Origin: a bacterium
GTDB lineage: Bacteria; Patescibacteriota; Minisyncoccia; Phycocordibacterales; UBA2100
Direction: 5' to 3'
Assembly: GCA_021781955.1 (NCBI GenBank)
Contig: JAJXVV010000003.1
Location: 27,933 to 91,932 of the forward strand
DNA: 64,000 bases
Part shown: one piece after another, positions 38,707 through 48,122 of the stretch
Layout: each line of letters opens with the position of its first letter
Numbering within the stretch: position 1 is the stretch's first letter
Made by a program: the position numbers and the translations under genes
The notes under the pieces: model-generated
Told to the model about the DNA's origin: nothing
Seen by the model: only the letters and a program-made list of their open reading frames with translations
The model's database searches: none

Positions 38707-39416
38707 GCGACGACACCATCCAGCAGCACATACATGAGCAGGTATTGAGCCGCGTCAAAAGTGGCAGCGTGCACATGCGCTCACGCGCGTACTTTTTCCT
38801 GCGCGTGACGACGACCGCGGTGACCGCGCTCCTCGTGCTCGGCATCTCATCGCTCATCTTGAGCTTCATCGGTTTCTCCATCCACGCGAGCGGGCAGGAC
38901 ATCCTGCTCGGCTTCGGAGCGCGCGGTATCGGCACTTTTTTCGCGCTCTTCCCTTGGCCGCTCTTTATCGCAGACCTCTTGCTCATGCTCGCCCTCGAGT
39001 GGTGTTTGCAGGGATTCCGTTTCGGCTACCGCTTCTCGCTCGTCTCGATATTCGTCCTTACCTTCGCCATGAGTTGGTTCCTCGGTTTTCTGATCGAGCT
39101 CACTCCCCTCCATGACTCGCTCCTCTCAGCGGCCGATCGCGGCGAACTCCCGATCGCCGGCGGCCTCTACGAGCATATCCGCGACCCGCACCACGACCTC
39201 GGCATCTTCCGCGGCACGGTCTTTTCGGTGCAGAACGGCCAGGTCATGATCGGACACGATGACGGCGACCACGACCCGGACGACGGCACCTGGACCGTCG
39301 CGCTCCCGCCCGACACGCCGCCGCCGCAGGTGGGAGATCGCATGCTCGTCTTCGGCAGCTCGACCGGCTCGCAGGTGGACGCGTATGGCATCGAGCATCT
39401 CTCGCCCGAGCAATAG
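38703..39416 (+). CDS. Membrane protein, putative anti-sigma factor
   Basis: Overlaps the sigma stop codon (ATGA); three TMs plus a C-terminal OB-like domain. Confidence 0.6.
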   Translation: MSDDTIQQHIHEQVLSRVKSGSVHMRSRAYFFLRVTTTAVTALLVLGISSLILSFIGFSIHASGQDILLGFGARGIGTFFALFPWPLFIADLLLMLALEWCLQGFRFGYRFSLVSIFVLTFAMSWFLGFLIELTPLHDSLLSAADRGELPIAGGLYEHIRDPHHDLGIFRGTVFSVQNGQVMIGHDDGDHDPDDGTWTVALPPDTPPPQVGDRMLVFGSSTGSQVDAYGIEHLSPEQ

Positions 39417-39496
39417 AAACCGCCATGAAAGAAATCGCCCCGCCGCACGTAGTAGTGGCATGAGACCGCTTCCACAGCTCGTCTCGTCCTCGCCAT

Positions 39497-39979
39497 ATGA
39501 AACGCATCATCGCTTCTATCGTTTTCATTATTACCTTTGCCGTCTACGCGGGATACCAACATCTCGTTAGCGCCTCGCCGACGGCACTCGCCGCTACGGG
39601 TGCCGCGACCGCTTTTGCTGCTGGCGCTGCCGCTTCAACGGCAAGCGCATCTGGATCGTCCGCGCCACCTTCGAGCGCTTCCGCATCAAACGGCCAATAC
39701 AAGGACGGCGCGTACACGGGCGACGCGGTCAGCGCGTACTACGGAACCGTTCAGGTACAAGCGGTAATAAAGAACGGCCGGCTCGCAAACGTCAATTTCC
39801 TGCAATACCCGAGCGATCGCAGCACGTCGCAATTCATCAACAGCCAAGCGATGCAGGGATTGGCGCAAGAGGCCGTCAACGCGCAGAGCGCCAATGTCGA
39901 CGGCGTCTCCGGGGCAACCGACACGACGATGGCGTTCCGTCAGTCGCTTTCGACCGCGCTTTCTGCGGCAGCGGCATAA
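39497..39979 (+). CDS. FMN-binding (flavinylated) extracytoplasmic protein
   Basis: N-terminal TM; YKDGAYTG; VDGVSGAT flavinylation motif. Confidence 0.88.
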   Translation: MKRIIASIVFIITFAVYAGYQHLVSASPTALAATGAATAFAAGAAASTASASGSSAPPSSASASNGQYKDGAYTGDAVSAYYGTVQVQAVIKNGRLANVNFLQYPSDRSTSQFINSQAMQGLAQEAVNAQSANVDGVSGATDTTMAFRQSLSTALSAAAA

Positions 39980-39992
39980 CCTTGCACCTACC

Positions 39993-40853
39993 ATGCGGCA
40001 AACGCGCGACATCATGGGCATGCCGGTCATCGTCGAGATAGTCGGCGGCGATGAGGCCGCGCTCGAGGCGGTGTTCGCCTACTTCCGCGGGATCGATGAG
40101 CAGTTCAGCCCGTACAAAAAAGAAAGCGAGGTCTCGCGCCTCAGCGACGGCCGCCTTGCTAAGAGCGCCGCTTCGCGCGAGATGCGTGAGGTGCTTTTGC
40201 TCGCCGAACAAACCAAGCGCGAGACGAACGGCTATTTCGATATTTACACGCCGAGCGGTTCGTTCGACCCTTCCGGCCTCGTGAAAGGTTGGGCGATCCA
40301 AAAAGCCGCACAGCTTTTGCATGACAGGGGGCATCATAATTTCTGGGTCGAAGCGGGCGGCGACATCCAAACCTCCGGCCGCAACGCTGAAGGCGGCGAG
40401 TGGAGCGCCGGCATCCGCAATCCGTTCAATTCGTCCGAGATCGTGAAGGTCGTCTATCCGCGTGGCGCAGGCATCGCGACATCCGGCACCTACGTCCGCG
40501 GCAGCCACATCTACGATCCGCACCTGGGAGCTCCGGTGCGTTCCGAGCTCGTGAGCCTTACCGTTATCGGGAAAAACGTCTACGAGGCCGACCGCTTCGC
40601 CACGGCGGCTTTCGCCATGGGGCGTGACGGCATGTACTTCATCGAGCAGCACCCGGAACTCGAAGGCTACGCCATTGACGTACAGTGCCGCGCCACGCTC
40701 ACGAGCGGTTTTGCCGGATACACAATCGCTGCAAAGCCGTCCGGCGCGAAAGTTCTTGCAGAGGAACTGCCCGAGCGAAGCGAGTTTTCCGACGCAGGAA
40801 CCTTCGTGCCGGACGGCTCTCGGATATCATTACCGACGTATGCCACTTCGTAA
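39993..40853 (+). CDS. apbE: FAD:protein FMN transferase
   Basis: DPSGLVKGWA, EAGGDI, IATSGTYVRG.HIYDP, ADRFATA. Confidence 0.9.
   Translation: MRQTRDIMGMPVIVEIVGGDEAALEAVFAYFRGIDEQFSPYKKESEVSRLSDGRLAKSAASREMREVLLLAEQTKRETNGYFDIYTPSGSFDPSGLVKGWAIQKAAQLLHDRGHHNFWVEAGGDIQTSGRNAEGGEWSAGIRNPFNSSEIVKVVYPRGAGIATSGTYVRGSHIYDPHLGAPVRSELVSLTVIGKNVYEADRFATAAFAMGRDGMYFIEQHPELEGYAIDVQCRATLTSGFAGYTIAAKPSGAKVLAEELPERSEFSDAGTFVPDGSRISLPTYATS
40735..40818. repeat. Hairpin element copy 2 (25-bp arms around a 34-nt core)
   Basis: Core 30/34 identical to 12160-12193; different but still paired arms. Confidence 0.85.
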
Positions 40854-41568
40854 AACGATCCTCTCGATAGCGATGCTCGCGATATTCTCGACGTACGCGT
40901 TCTACGAGCACGCGCACAGCGACAGCGGAAATCTCGCAGCGCTCATCATGAGCGACCTCACGGGCCGCGAGCAAAACGGCATAGCTGCCGCTGACTCGCA
41001 CACCACTCCGTCGCAACAGACTGCAACGACCCCTGCACCGGCTGCGAGCGCTACCGCGCAACAACAGTACGCGCAATACCTCGCGCAGATCAATGCGCAA
41101 GCTGCGCGCCGCGGAGATGAAAGCTCATCTGAGGGCGAAGGTGAGGGCGGTGAGGGGCGACGTCTTGCGACCACGCAGCCAGCACCCGCCCCCGCACAGA
41201 CGCAAGCAGCAACCCCTGCGCAATCCGCCCAAACGCAACCAGCTCAGACCTCTGCTCCAGCGCAGCCGCAACAGCCGCAGGGACAGTACAAGGATGGCAC
41301 GTACACCGGACCGAGCGTGTTCGTCTACTACGGCAACGTGCAGGTGCAGGCCATCATCCAGGGCGGCAAGATAGCCGACGTCAAGTTCCTCCAATACCCG
41401 AGCGATCGCAGCACGTCGCAGTACATTAATAGCCAGGCCATGCCGATGCTGACCCAGGAGGCGATCGCTGCGCAGAGCGCCAATGTGAGCGGCGTCTCCG
41501 GCGCATCCGAGACGAGCAGCGGCTTCGTGCAGTCGCTCGGTCCAGCGCTCGCGCAAGCGCACGCATAA
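40840..41568 (+). CDS. FMN-binding (flavinylated) extracytoplasmic protein with a long Gln/Pro/Ala linker
   Basis: YKDGTYTG; VSGVSGAS motif; paralog of 39497-39979. Confidence 0.88.
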   Translation: MPLRKTILSIAMLAIFSTYAFYEHAHSDSGNLAALIMSDLTGREQNGIAAADSHTTPSQQTATTPAPAASATAQQQYAQYLAQINAQAARRGDESSSEGEGEGGEGRRLATTQPAPAPAQTQAATPAQSAQTQPAQTSAPAQPQQPQGQYKDGTYTGPSVFVYYGNVQVQAIIQGGKIADVKFLQYPSDRSTSQYINSQAMPMLTQEAIAAQSANVSGVSGASETSSGFVQSLGPALAQAHA

Positions 41569-41582
41569 CAACGCAAGATACT

Positions 41583-43103
41583 ATGCCGAGATTCATGGAT
41601 GAATTTTTGAACAAGGTGACCATGTACCGCCTGTTGGTCTATTACCTCGGCGGACTCCTCCTCATCTCTGCCAGTTTCTCGGCTATCGGCATGCTTCCGT
41701 ACGATCCCGTCAATGTTCTCGCGAGCGCAGGCTTCCTCATCGCGGTGTGCTGGCTTTCCAACATCATCTTCGCGCGTTTCTGGAGCGTGCCGCCCAATGC
41801 CGAATCTTCGCTCATCACGGCACTCATCCTCTCGCTCATCATCACGCCAACCTGGCCGGACGCGTCATTCTTCTTCCTTCTGTGGGCAGGACTCCTCGCC
41901 ATGGGGTCGAAGTATTTGCTGTCGGTACGCGGCAAACACGTGTTCAATCCTGCCGCGTTCGGCGTCGCCATCACGGCGCTCGCGCTCAAGGACTCGGCCA
42001 CCTGGTGGGTCGCTGGCAATCTGCCGCTCATGCTCTTCATTCTCGCGGGCGGCATCTTGGTCGTGCGCAAGATCCACCGCACCGACCTCGTGATCCCGTT
42101 CTTCGCAGCAGGCATCATAAGCTCGCTCATGTTCATACCGCTCACGCCGCAAGACGTCATCTCGGCGCTCACCGCGACGCTTTTGCACACGACGCTCTTC
42201 TTCTTTGGCTTCGTGATGCTCACCGAGCCTCTGACCACGCCGCCGCGACGCGCGGGCCGCATCGCGTACGGTGCGCTCGTCGGCATACTCTTCGCGCCCT
42301 GGGTGCATGTGGGATCGCTCTACTTCACGCCTGAACTCGCGCTCCTTGCGGGCAATGTCTTCTCGTTCCTCATCAGCCCCAAGTACAAAGCGGTGCTCCA
42401 GCTCTCACAGGTCCGCAAGCTCGCCAACGACACGTACGAGTTCATTTTCTCGGGCCGCGTACCGCACTTCCAGCCCGGACAATTTGCGGAATGGACGCTC
42501 GACGCCGACACGTCAGACTCGCGCGGCAACCGCCGCTGGTTCACCATCGCCTCCTCGCCCACCGAGAACGACGTTCGGCTCGGCATCAAGTTCTATGCGG
42601 ACCCGAGCACCTACAAAACGTTCCTCGCTGATTTCCGCAACGGCCGCAAAATACTCACCGGGAGCATCGCGGGAGATTTCACGATGCCGAAGAATCCTAA
42701 GCGCAAGCTCGCCTTCATCGCCGGCGGTATCGGCGTCACCCCTTTCCGCAGCATGGTGAAGTATCTGCACGATCGCAACGAGCGGCGCGATGCGGTGCTT
42801 CTCTACTCGAACCGCTCGGAAGCGGAGATCGCCTATCGTGACATATTCGACGCTGCCGAGCGCGCGGGCATCGGTTTTCGCGCTCATTACACGCTCACCG
42901 ACAAGAGCGTCGCGCCCACCTGGCAAGGCGAGCGCGGATTCGTCGATGCCAACATGATCACCCGCACGATGCCGGATTACAAAGAGCGGACATTCTACAT
43001 CTCCGGACCGCCGTCGATGGTGGGCACCTTCAAGCATCTCCTGCACGAAATGGGCGTCCCGCGCCGCCGGATCAAGACCGACTACTTCCCGGGATTCGCT
43101 TGA
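41583..43103 (+). CDS. RnfD/NqrB-like membrane domain fused to an FNR-type FAD/NAD(P) reductase
   Basis: KHVFNPAAFG, MLTEPLTTP; RWFTIASSP, IAGGIGVTPF, FYISGPPSM. Confidence 0.85.
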   Translation: MPRFMDEFLNKVTMYRLLVYYLGGLLLISASFSAIGMLPYDPVNVLASAGFLIAVCWLSNIIFARFWSVPPNAESSLITALILSLIITPTWPDASFFFLLWAGLLAMGSKYLLSVRGKHVFNPAAFGVAITALALKDSATWWVAGNLPLMLFILAGGILVVRKIHRTDLVIPFFAAGIISSLMFIPLTPQDVISALTATLLHTTLFFFGFVMLTEPLTTPPRRAGRIAYGALVGILFAPWVHVGSLYFTPELALLAGNVFSFLISPKYKAVLQLSQVRKLANDTYEFIFSGRVPHFQPGQFAEWTLDADTSDSRGNRRWFTIASSPTENDVRLGIKFYADPSTYKTFLADFRNGRKILTGSIAGDFTMPKNPKRKLAFIAGGIGVTPFRSMVKYLHDRNERRDAVLLYSNRSEAEIAYRDIFDAAERAGIGFRAHYTLTDKSVAPTWQGERGFVDANMITRTMPDYKERTFYISGPPSMVGTFKHLLHEMGVPRRRIKTDYFPGFA

Positions 43104-43169
43104 GCAATGAAACGGTCGTGTCGCGGCGCGCTCCTTGCGGAGCGCGCCGCTTTTTTGGATACTGGTGCG

Positions 43170-43799
43170 ATGAACGATGAACAGCAGGCACTGAAAGTGC
43201 TCGCGCGCGATCCGCGATTCAAGAAACTCATCGCCAAGCACGGTGCGCCCGTATGGCGGCCGCGCGGCACAGCGTTCCGTTCGCTCGCGCGCGCCATCAT
43301 CCACCAGCAAGTATCGACCGCAGCCGCGAAGAGCATCGAGAGAAAATTCCTTTCGCTGTTCCCGCGCGACTCCTTCCCGACCCCCGCGCGCGTGGCGGCG
43401 CTTTCGGTACACCAGCTGCGCGCGGCGGGACTTTCCGCACAAAAGGCAACGTACCTGCACGACCTCGCGGCGAAATTCTCGGACGGTACGGTACGGCATC
43501 GCAAGCTTCCGTACATGACCAACGACGAAATAGTCGAGCACCTCACAAAGGTCAAAGGTATCGGCGTGTGGACCGTGCACATGTTCCTCATCTTTACCTT
43601 GCGCCGACCGGACGTGCTCCCCGTCGGCGATCTCGGTATCCGCAAGGGCTTCCAGGCGATATATGGATCGAAAACGTTGCCCGATGCTGCGGAAATGGAG
43701 CGGCGTGCGGCCGCCTGGCGGCCGCACGCCTCAGTAGCAAGCTGGTACCTCTGGCGCGCTGCTGGCGACGCGGCGACCGCGCGCCAGAAACGTTCCTAG
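43170..43799 (+). CDS. alkA: DNA-3-methyladenine glycosylase II family
   Basis: IIHQQVS, LTKVKGIGVWT HhH, LPVGDLG, WRPHAS. Confidence 0.88.
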   Translation: MNDEQQALKVLARDPRFKKLIAKHGAPVWRPRGTAFRSLARAIIHQQVSTAAAKSIERKFLSLFPRDSFPTPARVAALSVHQLRAAGLSAQKATYLHDLAAKFSDGTVRHRKLPYMTNDEIVEHLTKVKGIGVWTVHMFLIFTLRRPDVLPVGDLGIRKGFQAIYGSKTLPDAAEMERRAAAWRPHASVASWYLWRAAGDAATARQKRS

Positions 43800-43886
43800 C
43801 GTTGTAGAGAACGCGAACGGCCGAGGGTGCTCCTCGGCCTTTTGCGTTATCAAGGACTCCCCTTGATGAAACTCTTTGAGAGCCCT

Positions 43887-44405
43887 CTAGTTGGTACCGA
43901 AAGTCGTGCCCGCGACGGTGCCGTCGGCGTTGGTGAGAAGCGTATCCTTGTGCAGATCGAACTGCTTGTCGCCGTCATCCGTGTAGATGAGCGCCTGGTA
44001 ACGCTGTCCCGGCTCGGTCGCGCGCAAGAGCGGGACCTGCACATTGGCGTGCGTACCCGCCGGGAAAAGCGCCGCGCCGAGCGTACGGCCCGTGTTGTCG
44101 CGAATGGCGACCCAGCCGAGCTTCGGCAAGGTGACCGAGGCAACGGTGACGATGCTGCCCGCTCCCTGATCGTTGACGGTGATGAGGCCGCCGCTCACGT
44201 TCAATTCGGCGCCCGTATTCGCGAGGGATGCCGCACCGGATGCGGAGGCAGCGGTCGATGTACTCGTGTCGACGACCGAACCGGCGGTCGTGCTCGCGAT
44301 GGTCGAGCCGACCTTCGATTTGGTGCCGGCATACCATGCGCCGATAATGAGGAGAACCACGATAATGCCCGCGATGATCCGATTGCCGTTGTCGTTGAGA
44401 TCCAT
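43887..44405 (-). CDS. Membrane-anchored extracellular hypothetical protein
   Basis: N-terminal TM, Ser/Thr linker, GWVAIRD...DDGDKQFD domain. Confidence 0.7.
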   Translation of the reverse strand: MDLNDNGNRIIAGIIVVLLIIGAWYAGTKSKVGSTIASTTAGSVVDTSTSTAASASGAASLANTGAELNVSGGLITVNDQGAGSIVTVASVTLPKLGWVAIRDNTGRTLGAALFPAGTHANVQVPLLRATEPGQRYQALIYTDDGDKQFDLHKDTLLTNADGTVAGTTFGTN

Positions 44406-44466
44406 ACGGAATATGCCTGTGTTATTAACGTATATGCCGCACAGTGTATGGGTACGAGCAGCTCTG

Positions 44467-45099
44467 TCAAATACCGGCCGCAACAAAGACCTCCGGGGCA
44501 GGAACGACGCCTTCGCGCAAGATAACGACGCCAGAAGCGCAGTCGATGACCGTGGAAGGCGCGGCTGGAGGCAAAACGCCTCCATCGATGACGAGCGAGA
44601 TGCTTGATACGGCTTCGCCGAGCTGGATGAGGATGTCGTCGATGCGGCGCGGCGCAGCCGCGCCGCTCACGTTCGCGCTCGTCGCCGTGACGGGAGTTCC
44701 GAAAACGCGGGTGAGCGCCACGCAAAAATCGTGATCGGGTATGCGGAAACCGAACGTCGCTCTGCCTTTCGCGATGCCCGCGTCCAAGCCGATTCGTTTC
44801 TTCACGACGAACGTCGCCTTCCCTTTCGGCAAACGCTCGGCCAGCCGCCGCGCCGTATCGTTCACTTCGCCGTACCGCTCGGCCATCGCGAGATCGGCGA
44901 CGATCGCGTGCATCGGCTTGTCGTCCCGCCGCCCCTTTAACGCGTACACTTTCGCGACAGCTTCATCAGAAAGTGCGTCTGCGCCGAGGCCGTACAGGGT
45001 GTCGGTCGGATACAGCACGACCCCTCCGGCACGCAATGCGGCGGCCGCCTTGGCGGCCGCCGCATCGATACCCGCCTCCGCAAGTGAAATGCGTTCCAT
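44467..45099 (-). CDS. tsaC: L-threonylcarbamoyladenylate synthase (YrdC/Sua5)
   Basis: YPTDTLYGLGA, KGR..DKP, TATSANVSG, PSTVID. Confidence 0.92.
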   Translation of the reverse strand: MERISLAEAGIDAAAAKAAAALRAGGVVLYPTDTLYGLGADALSDEAVAKVYALKGRRDDKPMHAIVADLAMAERYGEVNDTARRLAERLPKGKATFVVKKRIGLDAGIAKGRATFGFRIPDHDFCVALTRVFGTPVTATSANVSGAAAPRRIDDILIQLGEAVSSISLVIDGGVLPPAAPSTVIDCASGVVILREGVVPAPEVFVAAGI

Positions 45100-45103
45100 C
45101 GGG

Positions 45104-45175
45104 TGCGCGGTAAAGGGATCGAACCTTTGACCCTCGTCACGTCAAGACGATGCTCTACCACTGAGCTAACCGCGC
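45104..45175 (-). tRNA. tRNA-Val(GAC)
   Basis: GCGCGGT acceptor, loop TT-GAC-GT, GGTTCGATCCC; no encoded CCA. Confidence 0.95.
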
Positions 45176-45254
45176 AATATAATCACAGACAGAACTCTTC
45201 TTCTTTTGAGAATAGGATAACTATAGCCGATTCGAGTGATATTTTCCACCCAGC

Positions 45255-47024
45255 CTACTCTCCGATAAAACCGCCCGCTTGTATGTTCCAGAGCTTCTGG
45301 TAGAGGCCACCCTGCGAGAGCAGATCGTCGTGCGCCCCCTGCGCGACGACCTTGCCCTGATCGATGACGACGATGCGGTCCATTTTCATGATGGTCGAAA
45401 GCCGGTGCGCGATGACGAGCGCGGTCTTCCCCTGCATCAGAGTCGAGAGTGAGTCCTGGATGAGCGCTTCGCTCTCGCTGTCGAGCGAAGAGGTCGCCTC
45501 GTCGAGGATGAGGATGGGCGAGTTCTTGAGGATAGCGCGCGCGATAGCGACCCGCTGGCGTTCGCCGCCAGAGAGCTTGATGCCGCGCTCGCCCACGTAG
45601 GTGTCGTACCCGTGGGAGAACCGAGAAATGAATTCGTCGCAGTGCGCCTTCTTTGCGGCCTCGATAACCTCTGCGTCCGATGCGTCACGGCGACCATAGC
45701 GGATGTTCTCCATGAGCGTGCGGTGGAAGAGTATCGGCTCTTGCGGTACGAAACCGATCACCTCGCGCAAGCTCTCCTGCGTCACCTGCGCGACGTTCTG
45801 GCCGTCTATCTCGATCGCGCCCTCTTTCACGTCGTAGAGACGCAGGATGAGGCGCGTCATGGTACTTTTGCCCGCGCCCGAGGGGCCGACGAGCGCCACT
45901 TTCTCGCCGCCCGCGATCAAAAGATTGAGTTCGTGATAGATGGGGTCGTCGGGACGGAAGTAAAAGCCCACTCCGCGCAGCGCGATCGTCCCGACCGAAA
46001 CGGCGAGCGGTCGTGCGCCGGGCTGGTCCTGCACCTCGTACGGCATCGCGAGAAGCTCCACCATTTCGCCCGCATCGGCGTATGCGTCGTACACGCGCCG
46101 CAATTCCCGGTTGAGCGCGATGAGCCGCTCAATCGCGGTGATGAGGTACGACTGGATGAGCACAAAATCGCCGAGCGTGAGGAGCCCACGCTGCCAGAAA
46201 TAGACGGCGCCGAAAAGCATGCCCGCTTCGATAACAAGCATGAAGAGCCCGATCGCGGACCATATCCACGTGTCGGTGGTCCAGGCGCGCATGACCGCCT
46301 CATGCCAGCGATGTACCGTCCTGTCGAAACGTATCGATTCGAATGTACGTGCCGAGAACAGCGCGATGTTCGACTGATTGGCGACGGCGTCAGCGAGGTC
46401 GGCCGTCACGCGCGTCTCAGCCGCGGCGCGAGCCGCGCGTATCGGTCGGCGCATCCTCGACACCCAGATCTGGAACGCGATCAGGCACGCGCTCCAAAGC
46501 GCAAGCGCAAGCCCAAGCGTGTGGTTGCGGATATAGAGAACGACGACGGCGCCAGTGACGAAGAGAAAGGTCGGCACGAACTGCATGAAGATGCTGTCGA
46601 AGAGCAGCTCGAAACCGCGCGCGTACTTGGTGACCTTGTGCGTGAGCGAGCCGGCGAAGCGAGAGAGGAAAAAATCGTACGAGTGGCCCATGAGCCGCTT
46701 GAAAACGCCGGAATAAATGTCCTGCATCGCATAACCTTCGAGGTAGATCATCGCTACGTCGAAGAGTCGTCGCGCTGTCATCTCGACGAACCACAAGAAC
46801 GCGACTATCCCGATGATGCCAAACAGTCGCGGGGTAATGCCCGGCACGGCAGGTCCCTGCACGAGGAGGTTGAAAAAATCCTTGAGGTAGAGCGGCGCCG
46901 CGATAGTCGCCGCTTGCGTAATGGCGATCGTGACGATGATCACAGAAAGGAGCCACGGGTAGCGCAGCGCGTAGCGCGCGTATGCATGGAACACTTTGGG
47001 TGCCGGTCGAGACTTCTTTTGCAT
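45255..47024 (-). CDS. ABC exporter, fused permease/ATPase (MsbA/MdlB-like)
   Basis: 6 TMs, GPSGAGKST, LSGGERQR, LDEATSSLD. Confidence 0.92.
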   Translation of the reverse strand: MQKKSRPAPKVFHAYARYALRYPWLLSVIIVTIAITQAATIAAPLYLKDFFNLLVQGPAVPGITPRLFGIIGIVAFLWFVEMTARRLFDVAMIYLEGYAMQDIYSGVFKRLMGHSYDFFLSRFAGSLTHKVTKYARGFELLFDSIFMQFVPTFLFVTGAVVVLYIRNHTLGLALALWSACLIAFQIWVSRMRRPIRAARAAAETRVTADLADAVANQSNIALFSARTFESIRFDRTVHRWHEAVMRAWTTDTWIWSAIGLFMLVIEAGMLFGAVYFWQRGLLTLGDFVLIQSYLITAIERLIALNRELRRVYDAYADAGEMVELLAMPYEVQDQPGARPLAVSVGTIALRGVGFYFRPDDPIYHELNLLIAGGEKVALVGPSGAGKSTMTRLILRLYDVKEGAIEIDGQNVAQVTQESLREVIGFVPQEPILFHRTLMENIRYGRRDASDAEVIEAAKKAHCDEFISRFSHGYDTYVGERGIKLSGGERQRVAIARAILKNSPILILDEATSSLDSESEALIQDSLSTLMQGKTALVIAHRLSTIMKMDRIVVIDQGKVVAQGAHDDLLSQGGLYQKLWNIQAGGFIGE

Positions 47025-47056
47025 CGTGACACGATAGCACATGCTATAAAGGTGCC

Positions 47057-48103
47057 ATGCGGATACTCGGCGTCGAGACCAGCTGCGACGAAACGGCCAT
47101 TTGCCTTATCGAGGCCAGTGGCGAGTTCGGTCCTGCGTTCAGATTCAGCGTGCTTGGCGACACGCTCGCCTCACAGGCAACGCTGCACGCGCAGTATGGC
47201 GGCGTGTTCCCCAATCTCGCGAAGCGCGAACACCTCAAGAACCTGCCGGTGCTTTATGAGGCGGTGCAGAAACAGGTTGGCGGTGTGAAGCCGGACGCGA
47301 TCGCGGTCACGGTCGGGCCAGGGCTTGAGCCGTGTCTGTGGACGGGGATCAATTTCGTGCAGAGGCTCGCCGATGAGTCGAAAGCGCCTGTCGTCGGCGT
47401 CGATCACATGGAGGGACACATCATGCTCTCGATGATGGCCCACGGAAAACTGTCTGACTTCGAGTTCCCCGTGCTCGCTCTCCTCATTTCCGGCGGCCAC
47501 ACGGAACTCGTCGTGATGCGCTCCTTCGGCGAGTACGAGGTGGTCGGGCGCACGCGCGACGATGCGGCTGGCGAGGCGTTCGACAAGGTCGCGCGATTGC
47601 TCAGCCTGCCGTATCCGGGCGGGCCGGAGATATCGCGCATTGCGCGGGCCGCCCGTTCCGCGGGCGGCCCGCGCCTCTACAACCTTCCGCGTCCGATGCT
47701 CCACGAAAATAATCTCGACTTTTCGTTCTCCGGCCTCAAGACCGCCGTACGGCGGCAGGTCGAAGACAAATCAGTCACCGACGATGAGCGCGCCGCGCTC
47801 GCGCGCGAGTTCGAGGACGCGGTCGCCGACGTGCTCGTCGGCAAAGCGATGCGTGCCATCGACGAGTACGGCATCAACACGCTCGTCGTGGGCGGCGGCG
47901 TTTCTGCCAACGACTATATTCGTGAGCGGCTGAAGACCGCGCTGGAAAACGAAGGCAACATCGCCAAGCTCCTCGTCCCTCCACCGGAGCTCGCCACCGA
48001 CAACGCACTCATGATCGCGCTCGCCGGCTACTTCCACGCGCAGAAGAAAGAATTTACCGACCCGTCGTCGCTCACCGCCGACGGCAACCTCGCGCTTGGC
48101 TAA
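47057..48103 (+). CDS. tsaD: tRNA N6-threonylcarbamoyltransferase
   Basis: ILGVETSCDET, GPGL, HMEGH, SGGHT, DDAAGEAFDK, TDNALMIA. Confidence 0.95.
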   Translation: MRILGVETSCDETAICLIEASGEFGPAFRFSVLGDTLASQATLHAQYGGVFPNLAKREHLKNLPVLYEAVQKQVGGVKPDAIAVTVGPGLEPCLWTGINFVQRLADESKAPVVGVDHMEGHIMLSMMAHGKLSDFEFPVLALLISGGHTELVVMRSFGEYEVVGRTRDDAAGEAFDKVARLLSLPYPGGPEISRIARAARSAGGPRLYNLPRPMLHENNLDFSFSGLKTAVRRQVEDKSVTDDERAALAREFEDAVADVLVGKAMRAIDEYGINTLVVGGGVSANDYIRERLKTALENEGNIAKLLVPPPELATDNALMIALAGYFHAQKKEFTDPSSLTADGNLALG

Positions 48104-48122
48104 TTCGTGCTATAACTTCGCC

